From: an uncultured Clostridia bacterium
GTDB taxonomy: Bacteria; Bacillota; Clostridia; TANB77; CAG-508
Assembly: GCA_947601495.1 (NCBI GenBank)
Contig: CANQGE010000001.1
Coordinates: forward strand, 31,731-95,730
Direction of reading: 5' to 3'
DNA: 64,000 nucleotides
The position numbers and the translations under genes are program-made. Each line of letters opens with the position of its first letter. The first letter of the stretch is position 1. The notes beneath the pieces are model-generated. The model was not told the origin of the DNA, ran no database searches, and worked only from the letters and a program-made list of their open reading frames with translations. Positions 9,679 to 19,495 of this stretch are shown here, piece after piece.

Positions 9679-10323
9679 CTAGTCTTCATTATCTAAACAT
9701 TTAATTGCTTTTTTTCTAATACGTTGAATTGCATTGTCTACAGATTTTACAGGAGAATTTAATTTATTTGCTATTGAAACATAACTATCTCCTTGTATGT
9801 ATTTATCTAGAACTTGTTTTTCAAATGTGCTTAAGTTTTTATCAATTCTATTTTCTACAAATTTTATGTATTCTTTTTTAGTGATTGTTTCTAATGGATC
9901 TTCCACAAGTTTTGTGTCTAGGATGTCCATAATAGAAGTATCTTCATTATCATCATAAGCTGCTATGTTTAGTGAATATGAAGAATTAAGTGGCATATGT
10001 TTTTGTCTATTTGAACTTTTTATTGCTGTTATTAATTGTCTTTCTATGCACAAATTTGCAAAAGTTTTAAATGAATTATTTTTTTCTAAATCGAAAGATT
10101 GTATTGCTTTAAATAATCCAATCATTCCTTCTTGAAGCATATCATCATTTTCAGCACCGATTAAGAAAAATCTATTTGCTTTCATGCTTGCAAGTCCTCT
10201 ATATTTTTCTAATAAATAATTCTGCGCTTCTAAATCGCCTAATCTAATTTTTTTGATTAGTTCTTCGTCTGACATATTTTGGTATTTACTACTCATTAAA
10301 CTATATAGCGCTTTATTAGACAT
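9679..10323 (-). CDS. sigH: RNA polymerase sporulation sigma factor SigH (Spo0H)
   Basis: 214-aa sigma-70 family protein. N-terminal ...EELIKKIRLGDLEAQNYLLEKYRGL... and ...FKTFANLCIERQLITAIK... fit the SigH subfamily. The C-terminal region 4 is an HTH. Confidence 0.85.
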   Translation of the reverse strand: MSNKALYSLMSSKYQNMSDEELIKKIRLGDLEAQNYLLEKYRGLASMKANRFFLIGAENDDMLQEGMIGLFKAIQSFDLEKNNSFKTFANLCIERQLITAIKSSNRQKHMPLNSSYSLNIAAYDDNEDTSIMDILDTKLVEDPLETITKKEYIKFVENRIDKNLSTFEKQVLDKYIQGDSYVSIANKLNSPVKSVDNAIQRIRKKAIKCLDNED

Positions 10324-10357
10324 TTATATATAGAACCTCCATGCAAGTTATAGCTGT

Positions 10358-10386
10358 ATTATATGTTCAAATGCTTGATATGTCAA
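10358..10386 (-). promoter_or_regulatory. consensus sigma-A promoter upstream of sigH
   Basis: On the minus strand: TTGACA (rc of 10381-10386), a 17-nt spacer, then TATAAT (rc of 10358-10363), followed by a GGAGG RBS. Confidence 0.65.
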
Positions 10387-10403
10387 GTATTTGAAAGAAA
10401 AAG

Positions 10404-10440
10404 AATAAAAAAAGGCAGATTTTTTTTAAATCCGCCTTTA
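10404..10440 (-). terminator. rho-independent terminator after rny
   Basis: Stem AAAGGCGGA / UCUGCCUUU (one G-U pair) followed by a U-run on the minus strand, immediately after the rny stop codon. Confidence 0.65.
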
Positions 10441-10443
10441 TTT

Positions 10444-11985
10444 TTATTTTGCATAATCAATTACTCTAGATTCTCTAATAACATTTACTTTAATCTGTCC
10501 TGGATATTCCATTTCATTCTCTACTTTTTTAGCAACATCTCTAGCCATAATAACCATATCTGCATCAGATACCTTTTCTGGTTTTACAATTAATCTAACT
10601 TCACGTCCAGCTTGAATTGCAAATGATTTTTCAACACCTTCAAATGAATCTGCTATTTCTTCAAGTTTTTCTAATCTCTTAATGTAAGATTCTAATGTTT
10701 CTCTTCTTGCTCCTGGTCTTGAAGCTGATATAGCATCTGCTGCTTGTACTAAAACTGCTTCTAAAGTAAGTGGTTCAACATCTCCATGATGTGCTTCAAC
10801 TGCATTAATTACGTTTTCATTTTCTTTATATTTTCTAAGAATTTCAACGCCTAATTCAACATGTGTTCCTTCCATATCATGGTCTAATGCTTTTCCTAGG
10901 TCATGTAATAAACCAGCACGTCTTGCTATTTTTGAATTTATACCTAATTCTTCTGCCATTATTCTAGCTAAATTAGAAACTTCTATTGAATGATTTAATA
11001 CATTTTGTCCATAGCTTGTTCTATATTTTAGCTTACCAATTAATTTTATTATATCTGGATGAAGATTATTTACACCTGTTTCTAAAGCTGCTCTTTCTCC
11101 TTCTTCCTTAATTGTTTGGGCTACTTCTTCTTTTGCCTTTTCAACCATTTCTTCTATTTTTGCAGGATGAATTCTACCATCTTCAATTAATTTTTCAATT
11201 GCAATTCTAGCAACTTCTCTTCTTAGTGGGTCAAATCCAGAAATAATAACTGCTTCTGGAGTGTCATCAATAATTAAATCAATTCCGGTAAGAGTTTCTA
11301 ATGCTTTAATGTTTCTTCCTTCTCTTCCTATAATTCTTCCTTTCATTTCGTCATTTGGAAGAGCAACAACAGATACCGTTGTTTCAGAAGTATGATCAGC
11401 TGCACATTTTTGAATTGCAAAACTAATTATTTCTCTTGCATTCTTTGTAGCTTCTTCTTTTGCCTTTGCTTCTTGGTCTCTAATAATTGCAGCCTTTTCC
11501 TGTGTAATTTCTTTATCCAAATTACTTAATAATTGTTGTTTTGCTTGTTCTTCAGTTAAACCTGAAATTCTTTGTAATTCCTCTGATTGTTTATTACAAA
11601 TTTCTTCCAATTCTTGTTTTTTCTGTTCATTTTCTGCATATTTTCTTTCAAGTTCTCTTTCTTTTCCTTCACAAGCTGTTACTCTTTTTTCTAAGTTTTC
11701 TTCTTTTTGAATTAGTCTTCTTTCTTGTGTTTGAATGTCACCTCTTCTTTCTTTAATCTCTTGCTCTAAATCATTTCTTATTTGTAGTACTTCCTCTTTT
11801 GCTTTAATTAATTCTTCTTTTTTTAAATTTTCGGCTTCTACTTTTCCGTTTTCAATTAATCTTTTAGCTTCATTTTCCGCACTTTGAATTTTAGACTCTG
11901 CAGTTCTTTTTCTAATAACCATTCCTACTGGAATGAAAATTATAGCTGAGATTAGAAGAGTGGCAATGATTGAAATTGTTTGCAT
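10444..11985 (-). CDS. rny: ribonuclease Y
   Basis: 513 aa with an N-terminal TM anchor and coiled coil, a KH domain ([15 protein letters not shown]) and an HD domain ([11 protein letters not shown]). Confidence 0.95.
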   Translation of the reverse strand: MQTISIIATLLISAIIFIPVGMVIRKRTAESKIQSAENEAKRLIENGKVEAENLKKEELIKAKEEVLQIRNDLEQEIKERRGDIQTQERRLIQKEENLEKRVTACEGKERELERKYAENEQKKQELEEICNKQSEELQRISGLTEEQAKQQLLSNLDKEITQEKAAIIRDQEAKAKEEATKNAREIISFAIQKCAADHTSETTVSVVALPNDEMKGRIIGREGRNIKALETLTGIDLIIDDTPEAVIISGFDPLRREVARIAIEKLIEDGRIHPAKIEEMVEKAKEEVAQTIKEEGERAALETGVNNLHPDIIKLIGKLKYRTSYGQNVLNHSIEVSNLARIMAEELGINSKIARRAGLLHDLGKALDHDMEGTHVELGVEILRKYKENENVINAVEAHHGDVEPLTLEAVLVQAADAISASRPGARRETLESYIKRLEKLEEIADSFEGVEKSFAIQAGREVRLIVKPEKVSDADMVIMARDVAKKVENEMEYPGQIKVNVIRESRVIDYAK

Positions 11986-12091
11986 AATTACATTTACCTC
12001 TTTTCTATTAAATTTTCAATGTACAACAAAATTATTCCATAAACTAAGTTATCATTTATATAATTTATATTGTATTTTTTCCTACATTAAT

Positions 12092-12120
12092 ATTTTATAT
12101 GTATTATTGCAATGTGTCAA
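12092..12120 (-). promoter_or_regulatory. candidate sigma-A promoter for rny
   Basis: On the minus strand: TTGACA (rc of 12115-12120), a 17-nt spacer, then TAAAAT (rc of 12092-12097). The leader would be about 100 nt. Confidence 0.4.
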
Positions 12121-12150
12121 GTTTTTTTCTTGGAAAATTATGTAAATTTT

Positions 12151-13083
12151 CTATTCAAACATTTTATTTATAGCCTTTTCAAAAACATTTTTTGCAATTT
12201 TATATCCAGAAGGAACTATTTCTGAAAATTTATTCATGCAAACATTTCCATTTATTTCCATAACAAAAATTTTTTCATCAGATGTAACTGCTATATCAAT
12301 ACTTGCAAAATTAATGTTTATAGCATTTCCTGCTTGAATTGCAACTTTTTTAATTTCTTCAATGTATTTATCATTTTCATCAATTAAAATTGGTTCTGCT
12401 CCGTTATTTAAATTATGTTTCCAGCATACTGTAACTTCTTCATTTTTTAAAGGTATTTTATTTAAATCTAAATCTTTACAAATTGGAAGATTCATTTTAT
12501 CATATTTAATGCTAATTAATTCACCTATATTATGAACTCCATCGCCTACAACATATGCTTTTTTCTTTTTATATGCATATATTACTTCACCGCTTAAAAA
12601 TATAACTCTATATTCATAGTCTATATCCATATATGGACAGGCGCTTAAAGTATCATTATCTTCAAATAGTTTAGAAACAATTTTTCTTACTTCATCTTCA
12701 GTTGAGCAATAATATACATCTTTTCCCTCATATGAATTATTTGCTTTTATTACCAATTTATTATTTGAACTTTTAAGCAAATTAATTGCTTCATCTAAAA
12801 ATTTTTGATTATAATATGCACTTCTAGTTTTAGGATTAAATATTATTTTATGTGGTATAGTTGATATATTGTTTTCATGTAGCACTGCATAAGTTGCAAA
12901 TTTATCTGATGCAATGTTATATGATGTTGTACTATTTAAATCCAATTGATATCCTATTATGTGTCTCTTCTTTCCATCTTTTATTAGTTCTTTAATCCAG
13001 CCATAAGAAAGTTCTTTTTGGGTAATATTTTTTTCATTACAAATCTCATTAATTATTTTATAAAATGGTTTATGCTTTTCCAT
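12151..13083 (-). CDS. ATP-grasp fold protein (RimK/ligase-like), function unknown
   Basis: 310 aa. The C-terminal half shows an ATP-grasp-like pattern (..EYRVIFLSGE.., ..HNLNNGA.., ..IDIAV...IFVMEINGN..). AAGAGGA RBS. Confidence 0.5.
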   Translation of the reverse strand: MEKHKPFYKIINEICNEKNITQKELSYGWIKELIKDGKKRHIIGYQLDLNSTTSYNIASDKFATYAVLHENNISTIPHKIIFNPKTRSAYYNQKFLDEAINLLKSSNNKLVIKANNSYEGKDVYYCSTEDEVRKIVSKLFEDNDTLSACPYMDIDYEYRVIFLSGEVIYAYKKKKAYVVGDGVHNIGELISIKYDKMNLPICKDLDLNKIPLKNEEVTVCWKHNLNNGAEPILIDENDKYIEEIKKVAIQAGNAININFASIDIAVTSDEKIFVMEINGNVCMNKFSEIVPSGYKIAKNVFEKAINKMFE

Positions 13084-13167
13084 ATATCATTCCTCTTATA
13101 TATTTTGTTATTTATATATAAAAAGCGAACTTTAAATTTATATTTTAAAAATTCGCTTTTGTGTAAA

Positions 13168-15204
13168 TTATTTTAATTTAGTTACAATTTTTAGAATTTC
13201 AGAATCGCTCCAAGCCTGTGAGAAAGTTCCACCAGGGTTAAAAGGTAATTCTGCATCATATACTTCTGAAAGAGTTCCAACTCCTTGAGAATTATTTATT
13301 TCCACTTTAAAAGTATTGTAAACTTTTTCTATAAATTTTTCGTATTCTATTTTTAATTTTTCTTTTTCTAATCTATCTTTTTCAAATTCTATTATATTCT
13401 TAAAGCTATCATTATATAGTCCTAAAAGCCAAATCCAAATTGTTCCTTGATGATATGCTGAATCTCTTTCAAAAACATTTCCTTCATAATGTGGAATATA
13501 TCCTTCCTCATCTTTTGCAAGGGTTTTTAATCCATACTTAGTAAGCAATTTACTTGTTACTGTTTTAAATATTGTTTTTCCAATTTCAGAAGAAGGTTTT
13601 ATAACTGGATATGTTGTTGATATTGCAAATAATTGATTTGGTCTAATTTTTTCATCTCCAATAACATCATATAAAGACTTTTTCTTTTTATTATAAAATT
13701 GTTTTTCAAATTCTTTCTGATGCTCTACTGCTGTTTTTTTATAAATGTCAGCTAGTTCTTTTTCATCAAATCTTTTTGCTAAATTTTCCAAAGTTTTTAA
13801 TGCATTATAGTAAAGTGCATTTAATTCAACAACTTTACCATTTCTAGGTGTAACTGCTTTGTTTCCAATTTTAACATCCATCCATGTATTTTGGGTGTCT
13901 GGAGTTCCAGAGCATAAAAGTCCATCATTTGCAATATAGATGTTGTTATTATCTTGATTAATTCCTGATTGATAATATTTAATTATTTCTTTTAACTTTT
14001 CATATATATTATTTTTTATGAAATCATAATCTTTTGTATATTGTAAAAATTTATTTACTTGCTCAAATAGTAATAGTGATGCATCTGCACTATTATATAG
14101 AGGTCTATTATCAAAACCAGAGTAACCGTTTGGAACTAGTCCAAATTTAACATCTCTAGTAAAAGTTAATAATATTTCTTTTGCTAAATCATATCTTTTA
14201 GTTATTAAAAATGCTCCTTCAAAGGCAATTAATGAATCTCTTCCCCAATCTAAAAACCATGGAAATCCTGCTATAATTGAATGTGTTCCAAATGAAGGTC
14301 TATTTATAACAAAGCTATCTAAGGCAATTACAAGGTCTTTTACTAATTCGTTGTAGTCTTTCTCTTTTTTAGTTAATTTGCTTTTTTCTTTTAATAGTTT
14401 TGTGTTATTTACAACAGTTTCAATTCTTTTTATTTCATTTTGTATTACTTTATTTGCATCAACTTGTTCTGTATTATCTTCTAATGAAGCTACGAAAGTT
14501 ATTTCTTTAGTTTCACGAGGTTTAATTTTTATTTCATATCTACCAGGAATAATTAAATTTTCTTTTGGGAAAAATCCTCTTTCTTCCTCTTTTATATAAA
14601 ACATATCTCTAAATACATCATTATAATGTTTTATGTATTCGCCTTCATTAGAAAAAATATAAAGAGGGAAGCTTGCATTTCCATCTATTTCTAATCTAAC
14701 TTTATTATTATCATTTTTTTGTTTTAACTCAAATTCGTGGTTTGTAGTCATTTGATGGAAGTCTCTAAAATTAACAATAGGCGTTAATTTCAAAAGAGAC
14801 TCTTTTTTTCCATTTTTTATTTTATATTGTACGACTACTGTATTTCTTCCATATATCATTGATATAGTTTTCACTATTTTTACATCTTCAATTTTATAAG
14901 TGAAAACAGGCAAAAATTCTTTTTCAAATGATTCTAAATTTTTATATCCTTCTGAAATATAGTTTTCACATACATTTGTAAATAAGTTGTACTCATCTCG
15001 ATCAATTAATATGCTTTCATCAAGTTTTGAAAGTAATAAATGCCTTTGTGCTGGTGGATTTAAAGGTGCTACTAGTAGTCCATGATATCTTCTAGTATTT
15101 GCTCCAATAACTGTTGATGAAGCAAAACCTCCTATTCCATTTGTTATAATCCATTCTTTATTTAAAGCATTTTTTAAATCGATTTGTTTTTTTAATAGTT
15201 TCAT
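13168..15204 (-). CDS. glycogen debranching enzyme (amylo-alpha-1,6-glucosidase, archaeal/GDE_C type)
   Basis: 678 aa. N-terminal GDE_N-like (ITNGIGGFASSTVIGANTRRYHGLL) and C-terminal (alpha/alpha)6 GDE_C-like (GFPWFLDWGRDSLIA, ...YHQGTIWIWLLG...). Confidence 0.85.
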   Translation of the reverse strand: MKLLKKQIDLKNALNKEWIITNGIGGFASSTVIGANTRRYHGLLVAPLNPPAQRHLLLSKLDESILIDRDEYNLFTNVCENYISEGYKNLESFEKEFLPVFTYKIEDVKIVKTISMIYGRNTVVVQYKIKNGKKESLLKLTPIVNFRDFHQMTTNHEFELKQKNDNNKVRLEIDGNASFPLYIFSNEGEYIKHYNDVFRDMFYIKEEERGFFPKENLIIPGRYEIKIKPRETKEITFVASLEDNTEQVDANKVIQNEIKRIETVVNNTKLLKEKSKLTKKEKDYNELVKDLVIALDSFVINRPSFGTHSIIAGFPWFLDWGRDSLIAFEGAFLITKRYDLAKEILLTFTRDVKFGLVPNGYSGFDNRPLYNSADASLLLFEQVNKFLQYTKDYDFIKNNIYEKLKEIIKYYQSGINQDNNNIYIANDGLLCSGTPDTQNTWMDVKIGNKAVTPRNGKVVELNALYYNALKTLENLAKRFDEKELADIYKKTAVEHQKEFEKQFYNKKKKSLYDVIGDEKIRPNQLFAISTTYPVIKPSSEIGKTIFKTVTSKLLTKYGLKTLAKDEEGYIPHYEGNVFERDSAYHQGTIWIWLLGLYNDSFKNIIEFEKDRLEKEKLKIEYEKFIEKVYNTFKVEINNSQGVGTLSEVYDAELPFNPGGTFSQAWSDSEILKIVTKLK

Positions 15205-15224
15205 TAGTACTTTACCTCTTCTTT

Positions 15225-16805
15225 TTATTTCTTTCGTTTACCGTCATCTGCTCTTTTTGATTTAGTTTTATTAAGTTCTCTTTGAGTTTGCTCTAGTTTT
15301 TCAATTTGATTTGCAACTTTTCTATTTTCAAGTATTCTAGCATCCGTAGTTTGAATAGATTTAACTCTTTCACTATATTTTTCTTTAAACTTACTCTCTC
15401 TATTTTTTCCTTCTTGATGTTTTGATGTGTTTTGATTAAATATTCCTTTTTTAGAAACCTTTACTAATGCTTTTTGCTGTTTCTGTTGTAATTTTTTCTG
15501 TTCTTTTAATACAGATTGTAATAATAAATATTGAGTATCATTTTGCATGTCATGGAATTTAAGATCGTTACAAACCATTTCTATTATTATTGAAGCAACA
15601 ATATCTGAATTGTGCATAATTTTTCCATCTTTAATACATGACATATTTCTTTGAATAAGTTTTACATTAAATTCACTTAGTTTCTTATTATCTATATCTA
15701 CTAAATCTGAACCTTCTTTATTATATTTTCTTATGTATTCTGGTATAACTTCTCCAGTATCTGCCAAGCAATAGTCTATAATTCCACTACCAATATGTTC
15801 TTGTAAAACTCTTAAGTGATCTGATACTGCAAAGTCATCTGTTTGACCAGGTTCTGTCATAATATTAGAAATATAATATTTTGTAGCTTTGCTATCTTTT
15901 ATTTCTCTTGCTATATTCCTTATTAATAGGCTAGGTAGAACATTTGTATATAAACTACCAGGGCCAATAATTATAACATCCGCACTTGCTATTGCTTCTA
16001 ATACTCCTGGTGCTGGTTTGCAATTTGAAGGAGAAATATATATTCTATTTATTCTTTCTTTTTTACTTGCTACTATTTCTGCTATTTTATCTTTTTGATC
16101 AATAGTTGTTCCATCAGCAAGTTCTGCATGTACACTAATTTCATCAAGAGTAGCAGGAATAACTGTTCCAGAAATATTTAATACATCTTTGCTTTTTGAA
16201 ATTGCTTCTGCTATATTTCCATATATTTCAGTCATAGCAACAAAGTAAATATCACTAAAATTTAAACCTCTTAAACGTTCATGTCTAAAGTTTAAGTCCA
16301 TAAGACTTTTCATTTCGTTTTGATTACTTGAAATAGATATTAAAGCATCTTTAATATCTTTTCTTGCATTCATAGAAGTGTTTCCATAATCAGACATAGT
16401 TACTATTGCTGTGATATTATTAGTATAATGCTTAAATCCTTCGATTATATTATTTAAACCTTGTCCACCGCCTATAATAACAACTTTTGGTCCTTCTTCA
16501 TAAACATTTCTATTAAATATTAAAGATTTTATATTAGATTGAGCTTGTCTTCCTTTTTCAGAAGTGTTATTTGCCTCTATAATTAGCTCTAAACTTCTTT
16601 TTTGTATAAAAATAACACTAGTAACAATTGCAATAAATCCAATAATAAATATAACTATTGTTTTTCCTAATTCGAAGAAAGATATTTCTTCTGATGTTAA
16701 TATTTTTGCTATTCCATAACAAGTAAGTACAACACCAACAATTATTAAAAGAATCCATCTTTTTACTTTTGTACTTGCCTTAAACCATTCAAAAAAAGAT
16801 TTCAT
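15225..16805 (-). CDS. yvcK: YvcK/CofD-family (gluconeogenesis factor-like) protein with N-terminal membrane anchor and basic C-terminal tail
   Basis: 526 aa with two N-terminal TM segments. The UPF0052/YvcK core is present (VVIIGGGQGLNN...TAIVTMSDYG...IIIGPGSLYTNVLP). The last ~90 aa are K/Q/E-rich. Confidence 0.8.
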   Translation of the reverse strand: MKSFFEWFKASTKVKRWILLIIVGVVLTCYGIAKILTSEEISFFELGKTIVIFIIGFIAIVTSVIFIQKRSLELIIEANNTSEKGRQAQSNIKSLIFNRNVYEEGPKVVIIGGGQGLNNIIEGFKHYTNNITAIVTMSDYGNTSMNARKDIKDALISISSNQNEMKSLMDLNFRHERLRGLNFSDIYFVAMTEIYGNIAEAISKSKDVLNISGTVIPATLDEISVHAELADGTTIDQKDKIAEIVASKKERINRIYISPSNCKPAPGVLEAIASADVIIIGPGSLYTNVLPSLLIRNIAREIKDSKATKYYISNIMTEPGQTDDFAVSDHLRVLQEHIGSGIIDYCLADTGEVIPEYIRKYNKEGSDLVDIDNKKLSEFNVKLIQRNMSCIKDGKIMHNSDIVASIIIEMVCNDLKFHDMQNDTQYLLLQSVLKEQKKLQQKQQKALVKVSKKGIFNQNTSKHQEGKNRESKFKEKYSERVKSIQTTDARILENRKVANQIEKLEQTQRELNKTKSKRADDGKRKK

Positions 16806-17722
16806 TATTTTTCATCTCCTAAAACTATTATTTCCAATTCTAAATCTGTGTTAAATTTTTCTTTTACTGTTTTTCTTATATGATTAATTAATTCTAAAAC
16901 ATCATTTGCCTTTGCTTTTCCTTTATTTATGATAAATCCAGCATGTTTTGTAGAAATTTCTGCATCTCCTATGCTATATCCTTTTAACCCACACTCATCT
17001 ATTAATTTTGCTGTTGGAGCTTCTAATGTTCTCTTAAAAATGCTACCTGCATTAGGATATTCAAGAGGTTGATGCTCTTTTCTTGAAATTGAATATTCAT
17101 TTATTTTTTCCTCAATTTCTTTTTTATTTCCTTTTTTTAATTTTAATGTTGTATCAATAATTATGCCTTCTAATTCTTCAAAAGCACTATGTCTATATTT
17201 GAAATCATGTTCATCAAAATTTATAGTTTTTATTTTTCCATCCAAGGTAACATATCTTGTTTTCACAACTATATCTTTCATTTCTCTGCCATAAGCTCCT
17301 GCATTCATTCTTATAGCTCCACCTATAGTTCCTGGTATTCCAGATAAAAATTCTAGTCCTTCAATTTCTTCTTTTAAAGCTATTGCAGATAATGTTGATA
17401 AAGACATTCCAGATTCTACTGTAATAAATACTTCATTTTCATTTTTTCTAATTTTAAAATTTTTAATGTCTAACTTTAAAACAGCTCCTTTTATTCCTTC
17501 ATCTTTTACTAATACGTTTGTGCCATTTCCTAAAATTACAAATTTTATTTTATGTTCTTTTAAAACTTTTAAAACTTTTTTTAATTTCTCAATTGAATCT
17601 ATTATTATAAAATAGTCTGCTTTTCCACCAATTTTAAATGATGTATGCTTAGACATAGGCTCATTTTTGAAAAAGTTATTTTTATTTATTATCTCTAGTA
17701 ATTGTTCATCAAGATCTATCAT
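16805..17722 (-). CDS. murB: UDP-N-acetylenolpyruvoylglucosamine reductase
   Basis: MurB FAD-binding and C-terminal domains (TSFKIGGKADYF, GNGTNVLV, AGSIFKR). I prefer the ATG at 17722 (RBS AGGGA 9 nt upstream) over the TTG at 17728 used by the ORF track. Confidence 0.9.
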   Translation of the reverse strand: MIDLDEQLLEIINKNNFFKNEPMSKHTSFKIGGKADYFIIIDSIEKLKKVLKVLKEHKIKFVILGNGTNVLVKDEGIKGAVLKLDIKNFKIRKNENEVFITVESGMSLSTLSAIALKEEIEGLEFLSGIPGTIGGAIRMNAGAYGREMKDIVVKTRYVTLDGKIKTINFDEHDFKYRHSAFEELEGIIIDTTLKLKKGNKKEIEEKINEYSISRKEHQPLEYPNAGSIFKRTLEAPTAKLIDECGLKGYSIGDAEISTKHAGFIINKGKAKANDVLELINHIRKTVKEKFNTDLELEIIVLGDEK

Positions 17723-17859
17723 ATGCAAATTTCCCTTCTTGCAATTATATCACTAATTATTATATGCTAAATGCACACACAGTAATACTATCATTTTTCT
17801 GCTTTTTTTACAATACAAAAAGCAAATTTGTAACATTCAATTTATATTCTTATTATAAA

Positions 17860-17893
17860 TAAAAAAATAAAGGGATAGAAAACTTCTATCCCC
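17860..17893 (-). terminator. rho-independent terminator after the GT2 gene
   Basis: 9-bp stem GGGATAGAA / TTCTATCCC (17872-17892) followed by a U-run on the minus strand. Confidence 0.75.
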
Positions 17894-17915
17894 GATTATT
17901 TATTTAATTTACAAA

Positions 17916-19157
17916 TTAACTAATTGTTTCTTGTTTTACTTCTTTAATGTCTATATCTCTAACGTGCTCAATTTTTTCCCATTTTGTATTAGGTTTTACA
18001 ATACATTTAATGTTTATAGCTATCCAAGAACCTAAGAATAGTGGATAACAGATAATTGCACCAAGCATAGGTTTAATTTTTCTTTTATCTAATGCCATAA
18101 TAGCTGTTCCTGTAATAACTGGTAAAATAAATGTTGCAATTAAATATCTTCCATAGTTTCCTATTAATTCAGCAGCTGTCATTTCAGAACCTAGATATAA
18201 TAAGCCATTTATTCCTAATAAAACAAAAGTTAATATCATCATAGGAATTCCAAACATATATAATAAACCATCAAAGTTCATAAGAGTTTTATGTTCTACT
18301 ACACCTTTTGCTAAATCTTTAGTGTAGTTTTTCATACATTGAAGATGTCCAACTGTCCATCTAGAACGTTGTGACCAACTTTGAGCAAAATGAACTGGTT
18401 GTTCGTCATATACTATTGCATCTGTTGCCCATCCTATTTTTCTTCCTTTTGCAATATTTATTAAAGAAAATTCAATATCTTCTGTTAAAGTAACTGTTTG
18501 CCATCCATTAGGTTTTATTAAATCAAATTTAACCATAAAACCTGTTCCATTTATTAATGGTGATAATCCTAAATTATATCTTGCTAAGTGATAAAATCTG
18601 TTCATCATCCAATAAAAAATTGCATATCCTCCGGCAATCCAAGAATCTGTAGGATTTTTAATATCTCTATATCCTTGAACAATTTCTTCACCTTGGCAAA
18701 GTTTTTTATTCATATTTTTCAAAAAGTTTTTATCAACAATATTATCTGCATCAAATACGCAAAAAGCATCATAATCTGCATTTTCTTCTATTTTTTGTTT
18801 TAAAAACCAATTTAAAGCAAATCCTTTAGTTTTGTTTGTTTCATCAAATCTTTTTAGGACTTTTGCTCCTGCTTCTTTAGCAATTTCAGCTGTTGCATCT
18901 GTGCAGTTATCTGCAATAACAAATATATCATAAAGATTTTCTGGATAGTCTTGAGCTTTTAGGCTTTCAACTAAATTTTTAATAACTGTTTCTTCGTTAT
19001 GTGCTGGAACTATTGCCATAAATTTGTGGTTTTTTTCAATTAGTAATTTTTTATCTTTTAGTTTTATTAATGAACAAAAACTAACTACAATTTGATATGC
19101 CCAATATATAGTTATTAACCATATCAAAGCTTGTTGTAAAAGATATAAATACTTCAT
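17916..19157 (-). CDS. membrane-embedded processive family-2 glycosyltransferase (polysaccharide synthase-like)
   Basis: GT2 signatures: VPAHNEE, IADNCTD, DxD (VFDADN) and the QxxRW motif (QRSRW). TM segments lie at the N-terminus and in the C-terminal third. I prefer the ATG at 19157 (AAGAGG RBS 6 nt upstream) over the TTG at 19175. Confidence 0.8.
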   Translation of the reverse strand: MKYLYLLQQALIWLITIYWAYQIVVSFCSLIKLKDKKLLIEKNHKFMAIVPAHNEETVIKNLVESLKAQDYPENLYDIFVIADNCTDATAEIAKEAGAKVLKRFDETNKTKGFALNWFLKQKIEENADYDAFCVFDADNIVDKNFLKNMNKKLCQGEEIVQGYRDIKNPTDSWIAGGYAIFYWMMNRFYHLARYNLGLSPLINGTGFMVKFDLIKPNGWQTVTLTEDIEFSLINIAKGRKIGWATDAIVYDEQPVHFAQSWSQRSRWTVGHLQCMKNYTKDLAKGVVEHKTLMNFDGLLYMFGIPMMILTFVLLGINGLLYLGSEMTAAELIGNYGRYLIATFILPVITGTAIMALDKRKIKPMLGAIICYPLFLGSWIAINIKCIVKPNTKWEKIEHVRDIDIKEVKQETIS

Positions 19158-19423
19158 TTTTAACCTCTTTTCCAATCGTTTGTATTATATAGATTTTTCC
19201 ATATCTATACACCTTTTTCATTATAGCATTTTGTGGAAAATTTTTCAAGTTTTTTTGTAAAATTTAATAATTTCTAAAATTCAACATTTTCAAGGGTTTT
19301 CATACTTTTATTATACTTTTTTTAAAGAATTTTATTATCCAATTATATGTAAAATTTTTAAATTTATTTATTGCTTTATTTTATTAGTTTTTTGTATTAT
19401 ATTTCATTATTTGTAAAAAAATG

Positions 19424-19474
19424 ACTAAAAAAAGAAATTTATTTTGAAGTAATTCTTCAAATTATAAATTTCTT
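19424..19474 (-). terminator. long-stem rho-independent terminator after pnp
   Basis: AAGAAATTTATTTTGAAG / CTTCAAATTATAAATTTCTT stem with a 2-nt bulge, followed by UUUUUUU on the minus strand. Confidence 0.6.
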
Positions 19475-19495
19475 TTTTAATTTCTTTATTATTTT

